A DNA stretch of 64,000 nt from an uncultured Acidobacteriota bacterium (GCA_963777605.1 CAVZRV010000030.1:192001-256000), one strand, 5' to 3'; positions 49,467-59,282 are shown, counted from the first letter of the stretch. Translations and numbers: made by a program. Notes: a model not told the origin generated them from the letters alone.

Positions 49467-49901
49467 ATGGCAAAACGGGGGATGACGCTGATTGAGTGCC
49501 TGGTCGTTCTTGCTCTGCTTACACTTGCAGCCGCGATCAGTCTTCCCCTGGCCCGGGAAGCAAAAAGCGCCTTTGAACTGCGGACCACCGCGGAACTGTT
49601 GGTCGCCGAACTGGCTGGAACCCGGGCCTGGGCAGTCAGCCACAACGCTCCGGTCTGTGTTCTCGTGGCGGAAACAGGCGAGGCTTACGGCTTTGCGATT
49701 CCAGGGCGGGAGCCCGACCGGTGGACCGGACTGCCCCGGGGAATCCGCTTCGTTCGTCGGCCGCGCCGCCCATTGACCTTCCATTCGCGGGGAAACGTCG
49801 CTCCCGCGGGGACTCTTGTCTTGCGTTCGGCGGCAGGTGAGGTGCGAGTGGTGGTTGCCCCGATGGGGAGAGTCCGCTGGGAGTGGATAACAAACGAGTG
49901 A
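49467..49901 (+). CDS. FimT/GspH-like minor type IV pilin
   Basis: Class III signal KRG|MTLIE; LTFHSRG; VVVAPMGRVR. Confidence 0.88.
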   Translation: MAKRGMTLIECLVVLALLTLAAAISLPLAREAKSAFELRTTAELLVAELAGTRAWAVSHNAPVCVLVAETGEAYGFAIPGREPDRWTGLPRGIRFVRRPRRPLTFHSRGNVAPAGTLVLRSAAGEVRVVVAPMGRVRWEWITNE

Positions 49902-49974
49902 TTTTGCGGATTGGGGCAAAGCGGTAAGCCGGTGCAGAGATGCTGAAGCCTGAGCAATGGAGGAGAGGTGATGA

Positions 49975-50388
49975 ATGGAAGCACTGACTGGGCGGGATCG
50001 GGTTGGACCGGACGAGGAAGCGGATTCGGGACGACAAGGCAGAAGCAGCCCGGCGAAGCGTCGCCGCGTGCCTTCGTGCCAGGAAGTCCCGAGCGATCGA
50101 GCGTCCGGTTTCGGCCTGCTCGAAGTGGCGATTGCGATGGTGATCGTCGTGGTTGGACTGGTGGCTCTCCTGGGGGCGCTTTCGTCGGTCTTAGTCATGC
50201 AGGTTCGTCTTCGGGAAAGCTCCCTCGAAACCGCCCGCCGCTGGTCGGACGTCGAGCGGATCCGGGCGGGCTCGGGCGCTACGGAGGCGGGGCAGAAGCT
50301 CGTGATTTCACCGGAGATGCGGCCGTTGCGGGAGTACGTGGTCGGAGATTCTCAAGGTGTGGAGTGGAGGGTCTGGCGTGACGACTGA
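49975..50388 (+). CDS. PilV-like minor pilin
   Basis: SG|FGLLEVAIAMVIVVVGL motif; start uncertain (long leader). Confidence 0.75.
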   Translation: MEALTGRDRVGPDEEADSGRQGRSSPAKRRRVPSCQEVPSDRASGFGLLEVAIAMVIVVVGLVALLGALSSVLVMQVRLRESSLETARRWSDVERIRAGSGATEAGQKLVISPEMRPLREYVVGDSQGVEWRVWRDD

Positions 50389-50926
50389 AACGGGAAGCAC
50401 ACTGCTCGAGACGGTTTGGGCTCTCCTCCTGGCGATCATCCTGGCCGGGGCGTCGTTCAGTGTTGCCGTCCGGTTTCAGGAGTGCGCCGATATCACCGGG
50501 GCGGTCCTGGAGCGGGATTCCAGTTTGAAATTGTTGCCGTTGCTCTGTTCCACGTGGCTGTCAGCCGGAGGATGCTCCGTCGAGCCCGGGTCGGTTGAGT
50601 TCCCCCTCCTGGCCGGGGACAGGATTCGATCGTGGGCGGATCTGGACGGCCCCGATGGTTTCCCCGACGGTGACCTGGACGAGCCGTTTGAGAACGTCGC
50701 CGTAGGGGTTTCGGGCGGCTCGTTGACGCTTCAGAGCGGGCGGGGCTCGGCCCAACCGGCCCTGACCTGCCTGAGTGAGGGAAGGTTCCGGCAGGAAACT
50801 CCGGCCCTCATTCTGTTTGAGTTCACCGCAACGGCCTCTCCCAAGGTCGGAAATCGGGCCGTGGAACTACAGTCCACCGTGCCGGTTGCACTTCGCAATC
50901 GACGGGCGGACCTTGTTCCCAGGTGA
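50378..50926 (+). CDS. PilW-like minor pilin
   Basis: TG|STLLETVWALLLAII; GTG start at 50378 overlaps the upstream gene. Confidence 0.72.
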   Translation: MTTETGSTLLETVWALLLAIILAGASFSVAVRFQECADITGAVLERDSSLKLLPLLCSTWLSAGGCSVEPGSVEFPLLAGDRIRSWADLDGPDGFPDGDLDEPFENVAVGVSGGSLTLQSGRGSAQPALTCLSEGRFRQETPALILFEFTATASPKVGNRAVELQSTVPVALRNRRADLVPR

Positions 50927-52116
50927 TCGAAATGAAAGAAAGTAAAGGGTTTGCGCTGATCACGGCCCTGCTCCTCTCTATCCTGATGGCGGGAGCCGTC
51001 GCGATCCTGTTCTGGCAAGTCCGGTCCTCGGCGTTGCTCGGGCTTGAGGCGGAAGGACAACTCCACAGCCAGGTTGTGGCGGAAAACGGGCTCGAATTGG
51101 CGCGCGTCGCTCTTGCCGCGAGCAATCTTGAAGACCTGCTGGCTGGCTCGAACGGAAGGCTGGATGCTCCGGGCGGCGAAGCGTGCCGTGATCCAGTGTC
51201 GCTCCAGGCTGCGCGATCTACGGACCCGGCCCGGTTAAGCACCGACTGCGACGACGGTCTCTTTACGAACCTTGGCCTGACGCTCGGGGCACCGGGCTAC
51301 CGTGTCGGTCCCGGGGAATGGGTTTTTCTGAGAGCCTTCAACGCCGGAGAAACAACCGAAATCGAGGATGCGGGGGAGGTGACGGTCCGCAGCCTCGGAG
51401 TCTGTCCTGCCGCCAACCCTTCCCGGAGTCCCCTGGAAGCAGCCAACCACATCACCCTGGTCGAGGCCCGCCTGAGAAAGGAAGCAGGGTTCAACACCGA
51501 GAGTTCCATCAACCTGGTTGGAAGCTCGATCTTGATCAACTGGCTTGCGGAAAGACCGAGACAGGGTGATGAATTGACGGTCTCCGTGGTTGAGCACCCT
51601 TTTCCCGGGCTGCTTGAAAGAGTCAGGCAGGCTCTCTCCCGTAGTCTCGCTCCGGGCTCGTTCAGGCTCGTTGATGCAAATCGCCGTTTATCTGAGCCGG
51701 CGTTTCTCCGTCTCCTGGCCGACAAGTTCCGGGAAGGAATCGACGTTCGTCTCAAGGCTGCCCGGACCGTGGCAGTCGGCCAGGAGGACGAACCGGGCCT
51801 TCACTACCTTCCGGATGGCGGTCTGATCACGGGAGACGCCTCAGGCCTGTTCTTCGCCTTCGGTCACGTGGCTCTCTCCGGGTCGGCTCACCTGCGAGGG
51901 ATCTTGATCCATATGGGTGGCGAAGGAATCACGCTGTCGGGACAGGCTCGGATCAGTGGGGCCATTTGGATGCTGAGCGCCGATCATGAAAGTCGGTTCA
52001 CGGTCACGGACCAGGCCGGGATCGATTTCGACGGTGAGTCGGTCGAATCGGCGATGAAGTTCATGCCCGTGACGCAGATTTACTGGAGGCTTATCTTTCC
52101 GGAGTTGTCCGGTTGA
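50923..52116 (+). CDS. PilX-like minor pilin
   Basis: KG|FALITALLL (no Glu+5, as in PilX/GspK), AENGLE, Gly-rich beta C-domain. Confidence 0.78.
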   Translation: MIEMKESKGFALITALLLSILMAGAVAILFWQVRSSALLGLEAEGQLHSQVVAENGLELARVALAASNLEDLLAGSNGRLDAPGGEACRDPVSLQAARSTDPARLSTDCDDGLFTNLGLTLGAPGYRVGPGEWVFLRAFNAGETTEIEDAGEVTVRSLGVCPAANPSRSPLEAANHITLVEARLRKEAGFNTESSINLVGSSILINWLAERPRQGDELTVSVVEHPFPGLLERVRQALSRSLAPGSFRLVDANRRLSEPAFLRLLADKFREGIDVRLKAARTVAVGQEDEPGLHYLPDGGLITGDASGLFFAFGHVALSGSAHLRGILIHMGGEGITLSGQARISGAIWMLSADHESRFTVTDQAGIDFDGESVESAMKFMPVTQIYWRLIFPELSG

Positions 52117-52423
52117 GGTCGAGCAGGGAACTCAGAAGAGTGAGTTGCTCGTCATGAACCATTGGGCCGGTGACTCGAAAGGTCTCCTGCAGGCGCGGAT
52201 GGGTCATGAGGGCGTTCCATTTTTGATCAAAATCTTCCATGGAATCGAAGATCCACAGCTCGAGATACTCACCGACTTTGCCGATCGTGGTTTTCCAGAT
52301 CCCTTCGGTTTGAATCTCCAGTTCGCGGGTCAGAGGGAGGACCACGTCGAGCAGCGCCCTTTCGAATTCGGGCATGTTGTGAACGGCAACCTGGTAGGTC
52401 ACCCGCAGGTAGACGCTAGCCAT
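52091..52423 (-). CDS. NIPSNAP family protein
   Basis: YLRVTYQV, GIWKTTIG, ELWIFDSMEDF. Confidence 0.78.
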   Translation of the reverse strand: MASVYLRVTYQVAVHNMPEFERALLDVVLPLTRELEIQTEGIWKTTIGKVGEYLELWIFDSMEDFDQKWNALMTHPRLQETFRVTGPMVHDEQLTLLSSLLDLNRTTPER

Positions 52424-52427
52424 GATC

Positions 52428-54587
52428 TCAGTCGCTTTCGAGTGTCTGTTGGACCTTGCGCACCAGGTCCGCCGGAGTGAAGGGCTTGGAGATGAACGCG
52501 ATGTCTTGTCCGGCGACTGCGCGGTGGAGAATCCCAGTCCCCGTGTATCCAGACATGAAAAGAATCTTCATGTTCGGGCGTTTCGGGCGAAGGCGCTCGA
52601 CCAGTTCCCGGCCGTTGATGACCGGCATCACCGCGTCGGTCAGGAGAAGATGGATCGTCCCGCTGTACTCGTCGGCGACCCGGAGCGCTTCCTCACCGTT
52701 CTGGCCTGAGAGAACGTGATAGCCGACATTGCGCAGAATCCTCTCGACCAGGGTGAGGATTTCCCTCTCGTCCTCCGCTATCAGGATGGTCTCGGTGCCG
52801 TCTTCAAAGGAATCTACGGCGGGGTGAAGCGGTTCCTGCTCTACGGCGAGATCTACCGGTTCGAAATAGATCCGGAAACTCGTTCCACGTTCCAGTTCGC
52901 TGTCAACGAAAATATAGCCGCCGCTCTGCTTCACAATCCCGTAGACCGTGGCGAGTCCCATCCCAGTACCCTTCTTCTTGGTCGTGAAGAAGGGTTCGAA
53001 AATCCGCTCCTGGGTTTCCCTCGACATCCCGTGGCCGGTGTCTCTGACCTGAATCAATACGTATCGGCCCGGCTTCAGGTGGCCGAGCGCGTCGGCGTAG
53101 TCCGTGGTCAGTTCGACGTTGGAGGTCTCGATCGTCAGCACGCCGCCGTCTACCATGGCGTCACGGGCGTTGACGGCCAGGTTGACGATGACCTGTTCGA
53201 TTCCGCCGGGATCAACCCGCACCGGCTTGAGACCCGAATCGAGCGCGGTGGTGAGCCTGATGTCTTCGCCGATAAGCCGGACGAGAAGGCGCTGAACGTC
53301 GGTAATGACGGTATTGAGGACGATGACGCGGGGTTTGAGCACCTGGCGGCGGCTGAATGCAAGCAACTGGCGCGTCAGCGTTGCCGCCCGTTCGGCGACG
53401 CTCATAATCGTGTCGACGTGCTGCTTGAGGGGTGAATCGTCGGGAATGCCTTCTCTCAGCAGGTCGCCAAAGCCCATGATCACGGTGAGAAAGTTGTTGA
53501 AATCGTGCGCGATACCTCCCGCCAGCTGGCCGACGGCTTCGAGGCGCTGAGCCCGATTTAGCTGTTCCTCTTTCTTGCGCAGCTCCCCTTCGGCCAGCTC
53601 CTGCTCCCGAGTCCGTTCAAGCAGCTGCTCGTACATCTGGGAAAGGTCCTGGTTGGCCCGGGCAACGGCGCGGAGATAGAGTTCGGGCGTTGAATCACTG
53701 CTGCTGAAGAGGGCGGCCGCTTCGTCGAAGCGCTGAACGACGTCAATCGAGAGTTCCTTGAGTTCGTCAGCGGAAAGGCCAGTCACTTCTTCGATTTCGG
53801 CCATCTGGAGATCGGGCTGGCAGTGCCCGCTATACCCGAACCGCTTGTGATGGCAAAGGGAGTTGGCGCTCTGGATCAACCGGGCCAGGGAGATTTCCGC
53901 TGAGGGCTGGTCGCCGAGCTGGTGATGGTCTCGAACCGGGCTAACCAGTTCCTCGGGAAATCCCCAGTCCTCGAGAAGGATCTGGGCGACTTCGGCGTGG
54001 TCGATTCCAAGCGTTTCCTGCTCAACCACCCGGAGGGAAGCGCGTTTGTCATGGGCCACCCGCGCCAACTGTTGGTACAGTTCGTGATTCCAGCGGAGAA
54101 GCACCACTTTCCCAAGGTCGTGCAGGAGACCGGCTACGAAAGCGGTTGTCTGGTTAGGGTGATGCAGCCGGCGCGCCATATTTTCCGCTGCCACCGCGCA
54201 GGCGAGGCTGTGATACCAGAGTTCTCGCACCCCGACCTGTCCTGAATCCGATTGATCATTGAAAAAGAGCTGGGAGACGAGAACAGACAGGGCGATGTTC
54301 CGCACCATGTCGAAGCCGAGCATGGCCATGGCTCGATCGAGAGAGGAGACGCGACCAGGGCAGCCCATCCAGGCTGAGTTGGAAACCTTGAGGACCTTTG
54401 CTGCGAGGGCCTGATCGGACTCGATGAGGAGAGTCAGGTCGCCACGCCTCGTGTTGTCGCTTCCCGCCACCTCGATTACCTTGAGGACAACAGGCGGCAG
54501 GCTCTCCAGTTGCCTGAGTTGGCCCGTGAAGGTTCTAATCTCGTCTTCCAGCCTGTTGTTGGACCCGTGAATCGAGTTCGGACTCAT
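52428..54587 (-). CDS. HDOD-domain hybrid histidine kinase with a C-terminal receiver
   Basis: HDOD (DQALAAKVLKVSNS, WYHSLACA, AGLLHDLGK); HisKA AHDFNN; NLAVNARDAM, DTGHGM, FEPFFTTK, GMGL; REC LLLTDAVMP, KPF; start set at ATG 54587. Confidence 0.92.
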   Translation of the reverse strand: MSPNSIHGSNNRLEDEIRTFTGQLRQLESLPPVVLKVIEVAGSDNTRRGDLTLLIESDQALAAKVLKVSNSAWMGCPGRVSSLDRAMAMLGFDMVRNIALSVLVSQLFFNDQSDSGQVGVRELWYHSLACAVAAENMARRLHHPNQTTAFVAGLLHDLGKVVLLRWNHELYQQLARVAHDKRASLRVVEQETLGIDHAEVAQILLEDWGFPEELVSPVRDHHQLGDQPSAEISLARLIQSANSLCHHKRFGYSGHCQPDLQMAEIEEVTGLSADELKELSIDVVQRFDEAAALFSSSDSTPELYLRAVARANQDLSQMYEQLLERTREQELAEGELRKKEEQLNRAQRLEAVGQLAGGIAHDFNNFLTVIMGFGDLLREGIPDDSPLKQHVDTIMSVAERAATLTRQLLAFSRRQVLKPRVIVLNTVITDVQRLLVRLIGEDIRLTTALDSGLKPVRVDPGGIEQVIVNLAVNARDAMVDGGVLTIETSNVELTTDYADALGHLKPGRYVLIQVRDTGHGMSRETQERIFEPFFTTKKKGTGMGLATVYGIVKQSGGYIFVDSELERGTSFRIYFEPVDLAVEQEPLHPAVDSFEDGTETILIAEDEREILTLVERILRNVGYHVLSGQNGEEALRVADEYSGTIHLLLTDAVMPVINGRELVERLRPKRPNMKILFMSGYTGTGILHRAVAGQDIAFISKPFTPADLVRKVQQTLESD

Positions 54588-54790
54588 GATGCGGATCTCC
54601 GACCTGGAAATCGACGAGATTCTCGGGTCCGGTAACTCCACTCTTTGCGAACCATCGTCGTCATCCGTGACTACCCTGATCAAGGATATCGAAATGATAT
54701 GACCATTTGTGGCTGAGCGGTGAGTACCGGGATTCACCGGCAGCCGACCTGCAGGTTCACACAGATGTCAGATTGAAGTCCCTCCGCGTG

Positions 54791-54818
54791 TAAAGGCTCA
54801 GCGTTCTGTTGCCGATGG
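54791..54818 (+). promoter_or_regulatory. sigma28 (FliA/SigD)-type promoter of MCP 2
   Basis: TAAAGG-N14-GCCGATGG upstream of an MCP. Confidence 0.75.
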
Positions 54819-54883
54819 TAAACGCGACACTCACGAATCTATGTCAAGTGACATAGATTAGTTAATGCGAGGAGGACTTGAGA

Positions 54884-56458
54884 ATGTTTGGAAATCTTCT
54901 GTTTGGGAACAATGATCCTTTTGAGGACAGCCTGGCCAAATGTGTCGTCGAATCGGTCGCTACGACGATGTTCGTGGTTGACCGCGATCTGAAGGTAAGG
55001 TTCATCAGCAACGAGACGCTGAACGCAATGGGCTATAGCCGTCGGGAAATCGAAGCTGGATTATCCTGCAGTGAGCTCTGCAAGACCCCGGTCTGCAACA
55101 CTGCGAAGTGCACCATCAAGAATTGCATGAAGTCCGGAGAGCCAATCATTGCCGAGACTGTAGCGACCTCGAAATCTGGTCAGAAGATCCCGATCCTGGC
55201 CTGCTGCAGCGCATTGCGTGATCCAAAGGGGGAGATCATTGGGGGAATCGAGGTCATTTTCAACCTCACTGAGCAGAAGCGTGCCTTGAACGACCTGCAG
55301 GAACTGACCAATCGAGCCTCGCAGGGGGATTTGAACACGCGGCTGGATCCGAAGCGAGTATCCGGCGATTTTCGCGATCTGTTCGAAGGGGTCAACCGCT
55401 TGCTGGATCGGACCGTCCATCCAATCCAGGAAGCGGCGGGCGTGCTGGAGAAAGTTGCAGATTACGATCTGACCAACCGCGTACTTGGCGACTACGAGGG
55501 CGATCACGGCGCCATCAAGTCCTCTCTCAATCAGGCCGTAGATATTCTGGAAGAGAGCCTGCAGCAGGTTGCCGTGACGGCAGCGCAGGTCGCGGCCGCG
55601 GCGGGTCAGATCAGCAGCGGAAGCCAGTCCATGGCGCAGTCCTCTTCCGAACAGGCGAGCCGCTTGGAAGAGATTTCGGGCAGCCTGCAGGAGGTGGACG
55701 CGATGGCCTCACAGAACGTTTCTGTTGCCAAGGAAACGTATACCCTGGCGGACGGCGCCGGAGCCACGACCGGACGGGGAGTGGCCGGCATGAAGCGCCT
55801 TTCGGAAGCAATTTTGAGAATCAAGAAGTCCTCCGACGAGACCTCCCGGATCGTCAAGACGATCGACGAGATTGCCTTTCAAACCAACCTGCTCGCCTTG
55901 AACGCGGCGGTAGAAGCGGCCCGTGCCGGGGAATCGGGAAAGGGCTTCGCGGTGGTTGCGGAAGAGGTTCGGAACCTCGCAATGCGCAGCGCCGAGGCTG
56001 CCAAATCGACGGCGGAGCTGATCGAGGGCTCGGTGAGCAATGCCGATGACGGGGTGAAGATTAATGCGGAGGTTCTCGGCTTGCTTGAAGAGATCAACCG
56101 GCAGGTGGAGAAGGTACGCGAGAGTGTCCGCGAGATCTCCTCTGCCTCTGAAATGCAGAAGCAGGAGATCACCAGCCTGAACGGTGCCGTCGAGGAGGTC
56201 TCCCGCCTCACCCAGAACGCGGCAGCGAGTTCGGAGGAGTCGGCCAGCGCCGCTGAAGAACTCAACGGCCAGGCCGACGAGATGGCCACTCTCGTGTCGA
56301 AGTTTCAAGTGCGCCGAACGGCCCGTGAAGGTAATTTGGAAGGCGCCGGGTTGCAGTGGCAAAAGGAATCGGCGCAAAGGGTTTCCCCTTCGGGAAAGGC
56401 CTTCACCCTTCCCGTGCAGCGCAGTTCGCAGAAACCCACTGGCGGGAGGCCGAATTAG
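54884..56458 (+). CDS. Soluble PAS-domain methyl-accepting chemotaxis protein
   Basis: No TM; Cys-rich PAS, HAMP, MCP signalling domain ([20 protein letters not shown]); GGAGGA RBS before ATG 54884. Confidence 0.93.
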   Translation: MFGNLLFGNNDPFEDSLAKCVVESVATTMFVVDRDLKVRFISNETLNAMGYSRREIEAGLSCSELCKTPVCNTAKCTIKNCMKSGEPIIAETVATSKSGQKIPILACCSALRDPKGEIIGGIEVIFNLTEQKRALNDLQELTNRASQGDLNTRLDPKRVSGDFRDLFEGVNRLLDRTVHPIQEAAGVLEKVADYDLTNRVLGDYEGDHGAIKSSLNQAVDILEESLQQVAVTAAQVAAAAGQISSGSQSMAQSSSEQASRLEEISGSLQEVDAMASQNVSVAKETYTLADGAGATTGRGVAGMKRLSEAILRIKKSSDETSRIVKTIDEIAFQTNLLALNAAVEAARAGESGKGFAVVAEEVRNLAMRSAEAAKSTAELIEGSVSNADDGVKINAEVLGLLEEINRQVEKVRESVREISSASEMQKQEITSLNGAVEEVSRLTQNAAASSEESASAAEELNGQADEMATLVSKFQVRRTAREGNLEGAGLQWQKESAQRVSPSGKAFTLPVQRSSQKPTGGRPN

Positions 56459-56538
56459 GGCTGGGCGGCAGGTCTCGGACTGGGGAGGAACTCTCCGGAG
56501 GCGCGCGAGTCGGGGTAGCACAACCGCCTTGAAGGAGG

Positions 56539-57819
56539 TCAGGTTGTCAGCGCGCGATTGAGTGCGACACAGAGATCCTTGAGGTCCTGCAGGCGGGATT
56601 GACCCATGAAGCGGTGGGTGAAGGCGAGCTTGTTGTGATTGAGCGGCTCGTCCAGGTCGGTGTATTCGCGGCAGAGTTCGCCGTCCGGGGTTCCGGGAAT
56701 CGGCGAGAACTCCGATAACATGATTCGCAGGCCTAAATCGTTAGCGAGTCTCATCGAGTCTTCCAATCCCTGCCCGTTCCCGAGAGGGTGTCCCGCGATG
56801 AGGTAACAGCAGAGACGGGACAACGGGAAGCCGGCTTTACCGAAGAGGGTTGCGGCCCGTTCGAGTTCGTGGGCATAGACTTTTCCGCCAGTTTGCCGCT
56901 GCCACGTGCTCTCGCTGCTCTCGAAACCCAGGTAGATGTTTCGGAAGCCGGACTGCGTGAGCAGTTCGGCGACCCTGGGCGTGACGAACCTTGCGTTGAG
57001 TGCATTTGGCGTGTGGAACGAAAGTTTGATGTCGCGACGGAGCACTTCCTCGAGAAACGGGAAGAGGGCGTTCTCAGGCTTGAAAAGAAGTGCATCGTCG
57101 TAGAAGACGGCGTGGCGGATTCCCCTTTCGACCAGAGATTCCAGGTCCTCCTGAGATTGGGCCAGGTTTCGGATCGTGAACTCCGGATCAGTATTCGGGA
57201 CGGAGCAGTAAGTGCACCGAAACGGGCAGCCGTCCGAGATCTTGATAACACCCGTTTCGAGCCTTGGATACCCTTCCCAGTAGGGAGTTTGGCGGGGAGA
57301 CGGAGGGAGGTCGAGTTGGTCCCAGAGGGGTGCCAGGTCGCGACCGCTGACGACGAGGTCGGCGCCGAGTGTGGCGGCATGATCGGGGCAAATGGTGCAA
57401 TACGGCCCGCCAATCGCGATGCGGGTATTGGGGGAGCACCGCCGCAGGTCCCCGATGACTTCCTGCACGCCCGGGTACCAGTAGGTCATCGTTGTGGCGA
57501 CGAGAGCCCAATCGAACGGCGCTTCGGATTCGAGCCGGTCGAGGAAATCGTCGCGCTCGAGGCCGAAACGCTTGTACTTGCGACGGATGTCTCTCAGCGG
57601 TGCCGGCTTTTCCACCTCCTGGCTCGAAAAACGGCCGCGTCCCCATTCGTCGCCGTGCCGGTTCCCGGCTCGCGGGTGAAGCCGGTCGAGAAAATCGAAG
57701 AGCACGATCTCGGCACGGCCGCGAAACATTCCTCCGACGCTGAGCAGACCGAACGGCTTCAGCCAGAAGTCGTATGCGGAGAAGTCATAAATCGGAGGAT
57801 TGACCAAAAGGATGCGCAT
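56539..57819 (-). CDS. B12-binding-like radical SAM protein
   Basis: CPFRCTYC (CxxxCxxC), LVNPPIYDFSAYD, TYWYPG, GGPY, FYDDA, FHTPNA. Confidence 0.9.
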   Translation of the reverse strand: MRILLVNPPIYDFSAYDFWLKPFGLLSVGGMFRGRAEIVLFDFLDRLHPRAGNRHGDEWGRGRFSSQEVEKPAPLRDIRRKYKRFGLERDDFLDRLESEAPFDWALVATTMTYWYPGVQEVIGDLRRCSPNTRIAIGGPYCTICPDHAATLGADLVVSGRDLAPLWDQLDLPPSPRQTPYWEGYPRLETGVIKISDGCPFRCTYCSVPNTDPEFTIRNLAQSQEDLESLVERGIRHAVFYDDALLFKPENALFPFLEEVLRRDIKLSFHTPNALNARFVTPRVAELLTQSGFRNIYLGFESSESTWQRQTGGKVYAHELERAATLFGKAGFPLSRLCCYLIAGHPLGNGQGLEDSMRLANDLGLRIMLSEFSPIPGTPDGELCREYTDLDEPLNHNKLAFTHRFMGQSRLQDLKDLCVALNRALTT

Positions 57820-57914
57820 GGACGTCGATTTCCGGCGATGATATCACCGCAGCAAAGGGCGCTGCTGCTTGCCCGCACTTTGACCGCTCATCCAGATCGG
57901 CTAAGATTCCTTCG

Positions 57915-58358
57915 ATGGTCGACTCGGATTTCGTGGATGTCCCTCTTCAGGTGCGGTACTCGGAAACCGACCAGATGGGGCGAGCTTATTACGGAGAGTA
58001 CTTTGTCTGGTTCGAGGTGGCTCGAACCAGCTACTGTAAGGCACGTGGTTTCTCTTACGCCGATCTTGAACGTCAAACGCAGACTTTCCTGCCGGTCGTG
58101 GAAGCCAACTGTCGTTACCTGTGTCCGCTGGCTTACGATGACGAGTTCGTGGTGCGGACCCGGGTCGTCGAATTGCGCAGCAGGAGCATGACCTTCTCCT
58201 ACGAGGTGCTCGGAAAGGCGGGGCAGCGGATCGCGGTCGGCCTGAGCCGTCACGTTTTTACGGGAGCGGACGGTCGCCCCAAGAAGCTGCCTGATGCCTA
58301 CCGTCGCTATTTCCGGGTCGATGCGATCCCTTCAGACGGCGGCCAGGAGGCCCGGTAG
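57915..58358 (+). CDS. YbgC/FadM-like acyl-CoA thioesterase
   Basis: VRYSETDQMG..YY..YFVWFEVART, LPVVEANCRY. Confidence 0.9.
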   Translation: MVDSDFVDVPLQVRYSETDQMGRAYYGEYFVWFEVARTSYCKARGFSYADLERQTQTFLPVVEANCRYLCPLAYDDEFVVRTRVVELRSRSMTFSYEVLGKAGQRIAVGLSRHVFTGADGRPKKLPDAYRRYFRVDAIPSDGGQEAR

Positions 58359-58373
58359 CCGGGAGGACGCGTA

Positions 58374-59282
58374 GTGGACCGAGTGCTTTACGGACTGGTT
58401 CGTGCTCTTTTCGGAGGGGTGGCGCGGCTTCCTGTGGGTTTGGCCTATCCCCTTGGTGAGGCGGCCGCGGGTCTCGTTCACGCTCTCGACCGCAAGCATC
58501 GCCGGATTGGACTCGTCAACCTCCGGATCGCCTTTCCGGATCGTTCAGATGAGTGGCGGAAAAGCGTATTGCGGGAGAGTTACCGGCAACTTGGTGACCA
58601 CTTTGTCGAAGTGAGCCGGCTTACGCGCTGCACCCGGGACGACATCCGTCGGAATGTCCGCTATGACGATGGGCTGGGGCTGGAGAACTACCTCGAGGCC
58701 CGGAAGACCGGGCTCGGGGTGCTCTTTCTGACCGCGCACATTTCGGCATGGGAACTTCTGCCCTCGGCACATTCGGTACTCGGCCATCCCCTCAAGTTTG
58801 TGGTTCGACCACTCGACAACATCTATCTCGACCGGTGGGTTACCGACCTGAGGTGCCGGTTTGGCAACCAGGTGCTTTCCAAGTTCGGTTCATTGCGCGA
58901 TCTCTTGCGATCGATCCGCAACGGAGAAGATGTCGGGTTGCTGATCGACCAAAACGTCCAGGAAAAGGATGGCGTTTTCGCGCCGCTTTTCGGAAGAGCC
59001 GCCGCGACGACCGCGGCCGCGGCAATGCTCGCTCTCAAGACCGGCGCCCTGGTAGTGATGGGGTTCATGGTTCCCGACAAGAAAAGGGGATACTACCGAA
59101 TCCGTTTCTACCCGCCGCTGAAGGCCGAGGAGACCGGAAACCGCGAGGCCGACCTGGCCCGCAACACGGCAATCTACAATGCCCACATTGAGCGAGTGAT
59201 TCGCGAATTTCCCAGTTGCTGGCTCTGGGGTCACCGTCGGTTCCGAACGCAACCCGACGGTACCAGCCCCTACCAATTCTGA
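58374..59282 (+). CDS. Lipid A biosynthesis acyltransferase (LpxL/HtrB family)
   Basis: LTAHISAWE, RPLDN, LLIDQN, WLWGHRRFRT. Confidence 0.9.
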   Translation: MDRVLYGLVRALFGGVARLPVGLAYPLGEAAAGLVHALDRKHRRIGLVNLRIAFPDRSDEWRKSVLRESYRQLGDHFVEVSRLTRCTRDDIRRNVRYDDGLGLENYLEARKTGLGVLFLTAHISAWELLPSAHSVLGHPLKFVVRPLDNIYLDRWVTDLRCRFGNQVLSKFGSLRDLLRSIRNGEDVGLLIDQNVQEKDGVFAPLFGRAAATTAAAAMLALKTGALVVMGFMVPDKKRGYYRIRFYPPLKAEETGNREADLARNTAIYNAHIERVIREFPSCWLWGHRRFRTQPDGTSPYQF

